NCBI GenBank assembly: GCA_025463555.1
Contig: JAODAS010000029.1
Coordinates: 1 to 50,984 of the forward strand
Direction of reading: 5' to 3'
Origin: Schumannella sp.
GTDB taxonomy: Bacteria > Actinomycetota > Actinomycetes > Actinomycetales > Microbacteriaceae
Length of the DNA stretch: 50,984 nt
Shown: in pieces, positions 7,595-14,797 of the stretch
Layout of the letters: every line of letters begins with the position of its first letter
Position numbering within the stretch: position 1 is the first letter of the stretch
Position numbers and translations under genes: made by a program
Notes under the pieces: generated by a model
What the model was told of the DNA's origin: nothing
What the model saw: only the letters and a program-made list of their open reading frames with translations
The model's database searches: none

Positions 7595-7876
7595 TCACTG
7601 GCAGGAGTCGCATTGAAGGTCCTCCATCGGGTCGATCGGGACGAGGTAGAGCTCGGGTGCGGGCTGGTAGTGCTGGTCCCCCGGCTCGTCACCGTGCGCG
7701 TGTGCATCCAGCCACATATTGGCTGCTGCTGGCTCTCCCAACGCCCGGAGGATCCCGGCTAGCGCTTCGGCTTCTCGGCATCCCAAGGTCGAGGCAACAT
7801 CGTGCGCGAGGGTCACGTCGGAAAAGACCCCACAGAACCGGGTGACGTCTTCGGTGTCCGTAATGAGCGTGCTCAT
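7595..7876 (-). CDS. Small strongly acidic protein (93 aa) with C-terminal 'VPIDPMEDLQCDSCQ' tail
   Basis: Trimmed to 'MSTLITDTEDV...'. About 17 D/E against 3 R/K. It is the first gene after hairpin cassette R1. Its tail is shared with the product of 50443-50739. Confidence 0.6.
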   Translation of the reverse strand: MSTLITDTEDVTRFCGVFSDVTLAHDVASTLGCREAEALAGILRALGEPAAANMWLDAHAHGDEPGDQHYQPAPELYLVPIDPMEDLQCDSCQ

Positions 7877-7903
7877 CGTTCTCTTCTCTCTCTCAACCAA
7901 CCG

Positions 7904-8068
7904 TTTTTCTTTGCCTTCCGGCGAGAGAAATCGATAGTGAGCGGGAGCGCCGAGAGTGCCGGGTCGTGGAATACCGGAGGGAGCGGAGCGAGTGAGGATG
8001 TGCCGCGAAAGCCCGGAACGGCAGGCGCGGAGCGAGCTACGGTGATCGGCCGGAAAGGTCAAAGAAAG
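7904..8068 (-). repeat. Hairpin cassette R1 (long imperfect hairpin, copy 1 of 4)
   Basis: Homologous to 10646-10806, 12446-12598 and 50257-50421. Outer stem CCTT(T)CCGGC/GCCGGAAGG is extended by T-run/A-run pairing. Conserved core is CTTTCGCGGCAcATCCTC...CCGGTATTCCACG. It ends 27 nt before ATG 7876. Confidence 0.8.
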
Positions 8069-8195
8069 CAGAGCGTTCGCAGCGCCGCGTAGCGGCTCCG
8101 TTGGCGGGCGGCCTCCGTGCCGCAGCGCCCCGCTGTCCACCACTCCCCCGTGCATGCGTTCCCCCGAACGGTTGCTTTCACGCTGGATTCATTCC

Positions 8196-8213
8196 GATAT
8201 CGGAGTGATATCA
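8196..8213. promoter_or_regulatory. GATATC-type operator (GATATCGGAGTGATATCA) upstream of cassette R1
   Basis: This 18-mer is identical to 10923-10940 and near-identical to 9271-9291 in the parA promoter region. Confidence 0.5.
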
Positions 8214-8232
8214 AAATGGATCCATGGTGCTG

Positions 8233-8568
8233 CTAGATCCCGTTTTCGTCCTTGAGGATTTCAAGGCCGCGCCGCAGCGCCCGTAGGGCGGTGGCGTGCT
8301 GGCTGCGCTCTTCTGCTCGCGCTACATCGGTCAGCAGCGCCGGTAGCTCGAGGTCTGGGTACCGGATGAGCAGCGTCTTCGCGACGTCGTCCGGCCATTC
8401 TGTTGCCGGCGTGGCCGGTGGCGTGGGCACCTTCTTGCGCGCCGGCCGCGCCGGCTGGAGGCTCGCCTGTGCGATCGGTGCCTCGGTGGGCCGCTCGGCG
8501 GCCTCGCCGAATGCTTCGATGGCAGCCTCAGTTGCCGGGTCGATCGTGGGCCTTCTTTTGATTGCCAT
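8233..8568 (-). CDS. ParG/CopG-like ribbon-helix-helix centromere-binding or repressor protein
   Basis: 111-aa product. The C-terminal 'KTLLIRYPDLELPALLTDVARAEERSQHATALRALRRGLEIL' fits strand-helix-helix. Its ATG shares one base with the parA stop (TAATG coupling). Confidence 0.55.
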   Translation of the reverse strand: MAIKRRPTIDPATEAAIEAFGEAAERPTEAPIAQASLQPARPARKKVPTPPATPATEWPDDVAKTLLIRYPDLELPALLTDVARAEERSQHATALRALRRGLEILKDENGI

Positions 8569-9200
8569 TACGCCATCAACTCCGCTGCGAATTCCTGGAT
8601 CTCTGCTCGGGCCTTGGGGTTGTTCCATTCCACGACGCCGAGTCCTTCACCAATGACGTCGCGGTATGCCTTGCGTTCGTAGACCACCGTCTGCAGGGGG
8701 TGAAGTGCCGGGTAGTCCGACAGGTACTCCCCCGCGTCGGTGCGCTCAGTCACGCCCGGGTTGGTGGGGACCTGCGTTAGCAGGCTCCGCACAACCAGCT
8801 CCGGGTTGAAGTCGCGTACCTGTTCGACCAGCTCACTCATGTGCGGAAGCGTGTCGAGGTCGAGCTGTGACGGCCGGACGGTCACGACCATCTTGTGCGC
8901 GGCCGTCATGCCGGTGCGCATCTCTTTGCTGTCCTTGCCGGCGACGTCGACGATGACGTATCCGTAGCGCGCGTCGAGGTCGAGCAATGTCTCTCGGATG
9001 TTGCCGAGCTTTTCGATGCAGGCGATAGCGGGCGTGACGCCTGCGGCTTCACGGTCGGCGTGCCAGCGAGCGGCGGACCGCTGCGCGTCTGCATCGACGA
9101 CTACGACGTCTTCGCCCTGACGGGCCAGTTCGGCCGCGAGATTGATGGCGATGGTGGATTTGCCAGCGCCGCCCTTCTGGCTCCCTACGAGGATGATCAT
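8568..9200 (-). CDS. parA: ParA/Soj-type partition ATPase
   Basis: Deviant Walker A 'GSQKGGAGKST', 'VVVDAD', 210 aa. Confidence 0.9.
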   Translation of the reverse strand: MIILVGSQKGGAGKSTIAINLAAELARQGEDVVVVDADAQRSAARWHADREAAGVTPAIACIEKLGNIRETLLDLDARYGYVIVDVAGKDSKEMRTGMTAAHKMVVTVRPSQLDLDTLPHMSELVEQVRDFNPELVVRSLLTQVPTNPGVTERTDAGEYLSDYPALHPLQTVVYERKAYRDVIGEGLGVVEWNNPKARAEIQEFAAELMA

Positions 9201-9210
9201 GATTGCAGTC

Positions 9211-9299
9211 TACTTTCACTTTGATATCAGAACAGTAGCGAAACGCCATCAAAGCGATATCACTATGAAAGTGATAGCAGAGTGATATCAGTTTGAAAG
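9211..9299. promoter_or_regulatory. parA promoter/centromere-like cluster of TGATATC motifs
   Basis: Motifs at 9222-9230 (TGATATCAG), 9254-9264, 9271-9280 (GTGATAGCAG) and 9281-9291 (AGTGATATCAG). Flanking CTTTCA/TGAAAG arms are inverted. The cluster is directly upstream of ATG 9200. Confidence 0.5.
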
Positions 9300-9374
9300 C
9301 ATGACAGTTGGCGGGGGAGTGTGAGGGGGAGTCCCCCTCACTCGCGGCGATCCGGCTGCGATGATGGGGGAGCG

Positions 9375-9407
9375 GGGCCCCGACCTACTTTCTCTAGGTC
9401 GGGGCCC
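9375..9407. terminator. 12-bp stem hairpin downstream of the ArdC unit
   Basis: GGGCCCCGACCT-N9-AGGTCGGGGCCC. A second hairpin, GTGAGGGGG-AGT-CCCCCTCAC, lies at 9321-9341. Neither has a clear U-run. Confidence 0.35.
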
Positions 9408-9492
9408 TTCACCGTGGCGGGGGAAGTCGCCCCGGTGTCTGTAGCGGCAGGCGCTCCACGATTGCGGGAACGGTGGCAGGCTCTCGGCCGGG

Positions 9493-9693
9493 CTAGTCGG
9501 CGTCGATCCGCTGCAGCGTGTCGACGATGGTCACCACGTCGGGGCTGTCGATCGTGATGGTGCTGACCAGCACGTAGCCAATTCGGGCGTGGCCGGTGAG
9601 GTCTTCCTGGCGGTAGCTGAGTTGCCGGGCACGCGTGGCGGGTTCGTCGTCCTTGGTGACGTTGGTCTGGATCGTCTGGATGCTGTTGGCCAT
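9493..9693 (-). CDS. Hypothetical small protein (66 aa) downstream of ardC
   Basis: ATG is preceded by GGAGAG. Composition is not shadow-like. No motif recognised. Confidence 0.5.
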   Translation of the reverse strand: MANSIQTIQTNVTKDDEPATRARQLSYRQEDLTGHARIGYVLVSTITIDSPDVVTIVDTLQRIDAD

Positions 9694-9732
9694 GTGTCTC
9701 TCCTGTCTGGGATGGTGGGGGAGGGCCGCCGG

Positions 9733-10620
9733 TTAGGCGGCGTCTTCCGTGTCGGCGTCTTCGTCGTCAGGGTCGAGAATTTCCGCGATCTGGTGGGCGG
9801 CGCGCAGGACGCGGGTCGCGGTGGACTTGATCAGGTCGGCGTCACCCTCGGACCATCCGGCGATGTAGCCGACGCTGTAGGCGCTGGTGTCGAATCCGAC
9901 CATGCCGGCGACGACGTAGGCGACGCTCTCGGCTTCGGTCTCCATCAGGCCGCGGTGCTCGAGGTATTGCGCCAGGTCCTCGGTGTGGCCCAGGATCACG
10001 TGCGCGGTCTCGTGGATGAGGGTCTTAGCGGTGTGCTCGGGGCTGAGGTCGGCGTCGATGACGACGGTCATCTCTTCCGGGTCGCTGTACCCGTTCTTCG
10101 TCCCCTGGATCGGGCGGAACTCAACGGTCCAGCCTTCCTCGACGAGGTAGGTAGAGAGAGCATCGACGATGCCGAAATCGTCGGCGCCTGTGAGCTGGGT
10201 GGTGAGAGTTCCGGCGTCCTGTGCGCCCTCGATGAGGTCGGTCTGTCCGATGTCGAACACGGAGAGGATGGGGAAGCGGGCGACGCGCTTTTCTACCTCG
10301 TCGCCGTTCTCGTCCTCCTCGGTAATCTTCTTGGTGCTGTAGCCGAAGATCCGGATGGCCTTCTCGCCCTTGCGTACCTGGCGGCCGAGCGCCTGCCACT
10401 TGCGGAATCCGGCCACCTGGGACGCCTCGGGCATCTGGGACAGGATCAGCAGAAGGTTGTTCAGTGAGTAGGCGTGGAACGCTTTCGCGAAGTCGAGGAA
10501 CGCCGTCCACCGGTCGGACTCGCGCAGCTGCTCCACCTGGTCGCTGATCGAGTTGTGCAGCGCTTCGGCCTGAGCCTTCTTCTCTTCGATGGTCTTGCCG
10601 GGTCGGCGGGTCTTGGTCAT
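9733..10620 (-). CDS. ardC: ArdC-like antirestriction protein (N-terminal ssDNA-binding domain plus zincin HExxH protease domain)
   Basis: 'FHAYSLNNLLLILSQ...GFRKWQALGRQVRKGEKAIRI' matches the ArdC-N/DUF1738 pattern. C-terminal 'LIHETAHVILGH' is an HExxH motif. Confidence 0.75.
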   Translation of the reverse strand: MTKTRRPGKTIEEKKAQAEALHNSISDQVEQLRESDRWTAFLDFAKAFHAYSLNNLLLILSQMPEASQVAGFRKWQALGRQVRKGEKAIRIFGYSTKKITEEDENGDEVEKRVARFPILSVFDIGQTDLIEGAQDAGTLTTQLTGADDFGIVDALSTYLVEEGWTVEFRPIQGTKNGYSDPEEMTVVIDADLSPEHTAKTLIHETAHVILGHTEDLAQYLEHRGLMETEAESVAYVVAGMVGFDTSAYSVGYIAGWSEGDADLIKSTATRVLRAAHQIAEILDPDDEDADTEDAA

Positions 10621-10645
10621 TGCTCTCTCCCTGAGTGGACAACTG

Positions 10646-10806
10646 TTTTTTGTGCCTTCCGGCGAGAGAAATCGATAGAGAGCGGGAGCGCCGGAGCCCC
10701 GGGTCGTGGAATACCGGAGCGAGCGCAGCGAGTGAGGATATGCCGCGAAAGCCCGGGGTGTAGGCGCGGAGCGAACTACGATGACCGGCCGGAAAGGTCA
10801 CAAAAG
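10646..10806 (-). repeat. Hairpin cassette R2 (copy 2 of 4)
   Basis: Same architecture as R1, with inner stem CCCCGGG/CCCGGGG. It ends 25 nt before the ardC ATG at 10620. Confidence 0.8.
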
Positions 10807-10922
10807 ACGTCCGAAAGAGCTGTGCCGCGAAGCGGCTCCGCTTCGATCAGGTCAGGGTGGCGGCTGCGCCGCAGCGCCATTTCTGCGCCCGCTGGGCGCT
10901 GCTTCCATGGTGCTTTCAGTCT

Positions 10923-10940
10923 GATATCGGAGTGATATCA
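10923..10940. promoter_or_regulatory. GATATC-type operator upstream of cassette R2
   Basis: GATATCGGAGTGATATCA, identical to 8196-8213. The flanking 'GCTTTCA' is also shared. Confidence 0.5.
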
Positions 10941-10989
10941 CCCCGACTAAGGAGGGGCCGGCCTCCGTGCCGGGCCTGGGGGAGCGAGC

Positions 10990-11012
10990 GGCGGGTGCGG
11001 GGGACACCCGCC
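10990..11012 (-). terminator. Hairpin after the ParB-like gene
   Basis: GGCGGGTG-CGGGGGA-CACCCGCC, 13 nt past the stop at 11025. Confidence 0.45.
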
Positions 11013-11024
11013 GCTCATCGTTCC

Positions 11025-12422
11025 CTACTCGTCGAGGTCGTTGTCGTCCTCTTCGTCGGCCAGGGGAGCACTGCTCGTCCCGGCGTTGTCGATCACGATC
11101 TGCTCGACTTCCGACAGAGCGTATCCCCAGGTGGCGAGCTGGGCCAGGTAAGCGGCCTTGGTCGCCTCGGGGTAGCGCCAGGTGCTCTTGCTGGTGGCGG
11201 ACTCGATGCCGCCGAGAACAACGGCGAGGCTGACGTGCTGTGCCTTGGTGGGGGACTGCTCGACGTGCGCGGCGAGTTTGTCGTCGTAGTAGCCGCCTCG
11301 CTCGATGCCGAGCAGCTGGTGGGCCAGTTCGTTGCCGTTGGCCGCTGCGCTGCCCACGTCGCGGCGTTGGATGGTGAGTCCTAGCGCGATTACCTTCGCC
11401 GCGTCCTTCGGCAGTGTCTTGCGGGTCAGGAACTCGGCCAGCCATGCGCGCCGCACCGTTTCCGCGGATGCCCACGCCTTGTTGTTGGCGATCAGCGTGC
11501 GCCGTTCGGCTTTCTGCTCGTCGGTCATCGGGCCGCTGTTGGAGCCCTGGCCGCTGGCTTTGGTGAAGCCTGCGGCCTTCGGGTCGCTGAGGAAGTAGCT
11601 GATGTTCGGCTCGCCGTCGAGGTAGACGCGGACGAACACGGCACGCCCTTCGGCGTTCTCGATGTGCTCCGGGGTGACCCGCTCGCCTTCGGCGGTGGTC
11701 AGCTCGCGGATGCTGATGTAGTCGGTGTCGTAGTAGCCGCGGTCATGGTCGAGGATTTCGTAGCCGCGGCCGCGCAGCTCATCCTCGGTCTGTGCCTTCA
11801 CGTGCGCCCGGGCGCGGTCGTCGCGGGCGCGCTGGGCCGCGTGGGTGAACTGGGCCGGGTCGTTGATCGCGATTTCGATCAGGTCGGCGCGGGTGGCCTC
11901 GTCGTCCTCGAACTCGATCAGCGTTGCGGCCTGGTCGAGGGTCAGCTGGTGCTCCTGGATCGCGGAGGCGGCGACGGCGTTCTCCGCGACGGCCAGGCCG
12001 CTCTTGACCACGGCCTGCTTGGTGCCGGTGCGCTTGGCGATTGCGGCGGGGCTGAGTCCTTCGAATGCGAGCTGCTGGAACGCTGCGGCCCGGTCGCCGT
12101 CGGTGAGGGCTTCGCGCTGGTCGTTCTCGACCATCTGCTGCACGATGCGCTCTACGGTGGCCTCGTCCGCCTCGACGATGTAGGCGGGGATGCTGGTCAG
12201 TCCGGCCTCGCGGGCTGCGAGGGTGCGTCGCTGGCCTGCCCGAACCAGAACGTTGCCCTGGGCGTCGCGTCGGGCGAGAACGGGCGTCAGAACGCCGTTC
12301 TCGCGGATGCTGGCGATGAATTCCTTGGTCAGCGGGGCGCTGGGTCGCACGTTCGCTTCGATGATGATCGCGTTGGGGTCGATGTGCTCGACGGTTCCCT
12401 GGCTTGCGGTAGTTGTGTTCAC
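11025..12422 (-). CDS. Orphan ParB/Srx-domain (ParB-like nuclease/CTPase fold) protein, KorB-like
   Basis: 'GVLTPVLARRDAQGNVLVRAGQRRTLAAREAGLTSIPAYIV' contains the ParB N-terminal GxRR box. 465 aa with an acidic tail. GTG start. Not adjacent to parA. Confidence 0.8.
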   Translation of the reverse strand: MNTTTASQGTVEHIDPNAIIIEANVRPSAPLTKEFIASIRENGVLTPVLARRDAQGNVLVRAGQRRTLAAREAGLTSIPAYIVEADEATVERIVQQMVENDQREALTDGDRAAAFQQLAFEGLSPAAIAKRTGTKQAVVKSGLAVAENAVAASAIQEHQLTLDQAATLIEFEDDEATRADLIEIAINDPAQFTHAAQRARDDRARAHVKAQTEDELRGRGYEILDHDRGYYDTDYISIRELTTAEGERVTPEHIENAEGRAVFVRVYLDGEPNISYFLSDPKAAGFTKASGQGSNSGPMTDEQKAERRTLIANNKAWASAETVRRAWLAEFLTRKTLPKDAAKVIALGLTIQRRDVGSAAANGNELAHQLLGIERGGYYDDKLAAHVEQSPTKAQHVSLAVVLGGIESATSKSTWRYPEATKAAYLAQLATWGYALSEVEQIVIDNAGTSSAPLADEEDDNDLDE

Positions 12423-12445
12423 GGTTCTCTCTCCCGATCAACTGA

Positions 12446-12598
12446 TTTTTTTGCCTGTCTGGCGAGAGAAATCGATAGAGAGCGGGAGCGCCGGAGTGCC
12501 GGGTCGTGGAATACCGGAGCGCAGCGAGGATATGCCGCGAAAGCCCGGAACGTAGGCGCAGAGCGAACTACGATGACCGGCCAGACAGACGAAAAAAG
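12446..12598 (-). repeat. Hairpin cassette R3 (copy 3 of 4)
   Basis: Outer stem changed to CTGTCTGGC/GCCAGACAG, two compensatory pairs relative to R1/R2. The apical loop has a 10-nt deletion. It ends 23 nt before GTG 12422. Confidence 0.8.
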
Positions 12599-12653
12599 CG
12601 ACAAGGACAGCGCCGCGCAGCGGCTCGAATCAGGGTCAATCAGTCGCCGCCGG

Positions 12654-14735
12654 CTAGGCGGCGTCTCCGAGGTATTGCCAGCGGCTCTCGGGACTGAGAG
12701 CGCCGACTATGACGAGTTCTCGAGCGCTTCGGTGGTCGGCTCGGCGGTCGGCGGATCGAGGGTAGCGGGGCCAGATTCGTTCGCCCGGCGCGTCGGCCTC
12801 GAATAGCGGTCGGCTCGATGCATTTCGGCGTCGTGGACGCATCCTGGGGGAGGCGTTCATGGTGGTGAGCTCGGCTTGCCACCATGCCCATACTTCGCGT
12901 TCGGCTCGATATCGTTCGGCTCGATCGAGAAGGGTTCCGGCCACGCCGAGGATGCGAGCTGCCTGGTCTCGGAGATCTCGCGTGGCTCGGGCCCATCCTT
13001 CTCGATGCTTGACGATGAGGCGATGCCGGCGCAGGCGGCTGAGGATCCTCGTGGTGTGGCGGGTACCGGTGCCGAGGAGTCGCGCAGCGGTCTCTACGGT
13101 GAGTGTGGGGTGCTGGCGAAGGATGGCGTAGAGCTTCCCGGCGAGGTGACCAAGGCCGGCGCGGGTGAAGAGATCGTGCCGGCTGTCTGTTAGTTCGTCC
13201 TCGAGCTGGGCTACTTGGACGGCGCGAGCGTTGAAGAGGTCGGCCGGGGGGCGGGGGTTATCTAGAGGTTGTGACCGGACTGTGTCAGAGGTTGTGGAAA
13301 GTGTGAGGGTCAAGCGCCATTCGGCGGCGTTGCCGCCGTCGGTGGTGGTGACCTTCTGCACGTATCCGTCGCGTGCGAGCCGCTGGAGGGCGTCTGCGGC
13401 CGTGGTGCGGCCGAGCCCGACCATCAGGGCGAGGTCGCGGATCGAGGCCGCTACGACTCGTTTTCCGGTCTGCAGGGTGAGGTAGGCCAGGGCGGTCAGG
13501 ATGGAGCGCTCGGAGAGCGCGGCTTCCGTCCGTCCCCAGCGTCCGGGGGCGACGCGGAATCGCGTCAGGAGGTCGTCAACGTCGCGCACGATGGCGTCGA
13601 GCTCTGTCAGGTCGCGGGGCTCCCGCGCGGCCGGGAGAGGCCGTTGTACGGCCGCGTATTGCTGCGCCTTGGCCCACTGGCGTTCGAGCCGTTCGCGCGC
13701 CTCCGCGGGGGAGCGGCGGCGGCGGGTGCCGCGGCCGGTGTTCTTGGTGCGGTAGTGCTCCATCCCAGGGGCGGTCTTGGCAGCGTGCTCGACGTCGGCC
13801 AGGGACCACCCGGCATTAGCGGCCGCCAGGAGGCACATGAACCCGGTCCATGATGGGTTGCTGCCGCCGTCGATCGTGGCCATGTGCGCGGCGCCGGCGG
13901 CGGTGAGCTGTCGGTGCGCGCGGTGTGAACGGTCGACGGGGCCGGATGGTGCGCTCTCAGCGGCTCTCAGAGCGGGTTTCCGCTCATCGAGCACCACGGC
14001 GAGGGCGATCAGTTTGTCAGGAACGATCCTGCTGGCCGTGAGCGCGTCGAGGCTGCCTCGGATGATGACCGAGCTGGACCCGTCGCGGTGAGGCGACAGC
14101 GGCGGGCGCGCGGCGCCCTCCCGCACGTTCAGCAGCATTCCGTGGTCGAGGGTGCGATAGTTCGCGCGGGCAGCGCGGGCGAGGGCCGCCACGACGTCGG
14201 CCGTGGCTCCGCCCGGCACGGCGATCCAGATGTGGCGGCCGCCGGTTCCCGAGGACTGGCAGAGCACGTAGGCGATAGAGAGTTCGTCGAGGATGCCGGC
14301 GAGGGCGTCGGCCTCGTCGACGGCGCGCTCCATGAGCTCGGCGTCGACGCCGTGCTTGTCCTTGCCGTCGAAGTCGAAGCAGAGCAACCGGAACAAGCCC
14401 GCATCGTCGGCCAGGCGGATGCACCACGGCGTTGTGGGTGCCTGCGGAGCGACGCGGTGGAAGCTGGGGTAGCTGTTCTCGTCGAGACGGCCGTAGGCGT
14501 CTCGCTTCATGACGCGCACGCGATCGCGTGGGCTGATTCGGCGGGTCAGCTCCCAGGCGTCAGCAACGTCGGCGGACACGCTCAGAGGCCTGTAGCCGTG
14601 CAAAACGTCGTATTTGCCACTATCCGGGGCTATGATGGCCTCACTCCTTGAGGATTCGTTCTTGAGGGTGCACTGAAGCCCCCGGCTGGTAACCGGGATA
14701 TTCGGTGGGACTAGCTCGAACCTCGAGGCCGGCAA
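12654..14735 (-). CDS. Prim-Pol (archaeo-eukaryotic primase-type) replication protein with C-terminal winged-helix repeats
   Basis: AEP motifs 'LLCFDFDGKD' (DxD) and 'SGTGGRHIWI' (sGxGxH). Several MarR-like wHTH segments, for example 'LALMVGLGRTTAADALQRLARDGYV'. Confidence 0.6.
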   Translation of the reverse strand: MPASRFELVPPNIPVTSRGLQCTLKNESSRSEAIIAPDSGKYDVLHGYRPLSVSADVADAWELTRRISPRDRVRVMKRDAYGRLDENSYPSFHRVAPQAPTTPWCIRLADDAGLFRLLCFDFDGKDKHGVDAELMERAVDEADALAGILDELSIAYVLCQSSGTGGRHIWIAVPGGATADVVAALARAARANYRTLDHGMLLNVREGAARPPLSPHRDGSSSVIIRGSLDALTASRIVPDKLIALAVVLDERKPALRAAESAPSGPVDRSHRAHRQLTAAGAAHMATIDGGSNPSWTGFMCLLAAANAGWSLADVEHAAKTAPGMEHYRTKNTGRGTRRRRSPAEARERLERQWAKAQQYAAVQRPLPAAREPRDLTELDAIVRDVDDLLTRFRVAPGRWGRTEAALSERSILTALAYLTLQTGKRVVAASIRDLALMVGLGRTTAADALQRLARDGYVQKVTTTDGGNAAEWRLTLTLSTTSDTVRSQPLDNPRPPADLFNARAVQVAQLEDELTDSRHDLFTRAGLGHLAGKLYAILRQHPTLTVETAARLLGTGTRHTTRILSRLRRHRLIVKHREGWARATRDLRDQAARILGVAGTLLDRAERYRAEREVWAWWQAELTTMNASPRMRPRRRNASSRPLFEADAPGERIWPRYPRSADRRADHRSARELVIVGALSPESRWQYLGDAA

Positions 14736-14797
14736 GCGAAGAGGGTTTGAGCTACGAAACTTGGAGGGCCCGTCGCGGAAGCGGCGGGTCCTTTCGT

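Noticed and set aside
7904-8068. Hairpin cassettes interpreted as rho-independent terminators or as MITE-like mobile elements.
   Set aside because: On either strand the T-run lies 5' of the hairpin and the A-run lies 3', so there is no 3' U-tract. As for MITEs, I saw no target-site duplications, and all four copies sit at a fixed distance and orientation from a start codon with a shared RBS. That fits a duplicated regulatory cassette better. A mobile origin cannot be fully excluded.
7802-8092. Conserved peptide '...FRREKSIESGSAG.PGRGIPER...' appears in plus-strand ORFs crossing R1, R2 and R3 (7802-8092, 10474-10935, 12190-12555).
   Set aside because: The conservation comes from DNA-level repeat identity. 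Indels between copies shift the frame after the shared stretch, there is no common start or RBS, and the ORFs are antisense to the genes the cassettes precede.
9589-10467. Long antisense or out-of-frame ORFs overlapping strong genes. Examples: 9589-10467 (+), 11664-12806 (+), 15561-16640 (+), 22131-23237 (-), 24958-26094 (-), 26191-27069 (-), 31402-32403 (+), 47875-48945 (+), 21717-22088 (-).
   Set aside because: Their products are Arg/Gly/Ala/Pro-rich low-complexity sequence, typical of shadow ORFs in high-GC DNA. Each lies opposite or out of frame to a gene with clear family motifs, and none has an RBS or a recognisable motif.
12419-12604. Possible upstream ORF through cassette R3, whose TGA overlaps the ParB-like GTG start. 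The related sense-strand peptide 'VFHDP.LRRSRSLSISLA' is also seen across R2.
   Set aside because: There is no consistent uORF across copies. In R2 the frame runs 226 aa into ardC out of frame, in R1 it is just an in-frame run-in, and in R4 it is absent. The shared peptide is best explained by repeat sequence.
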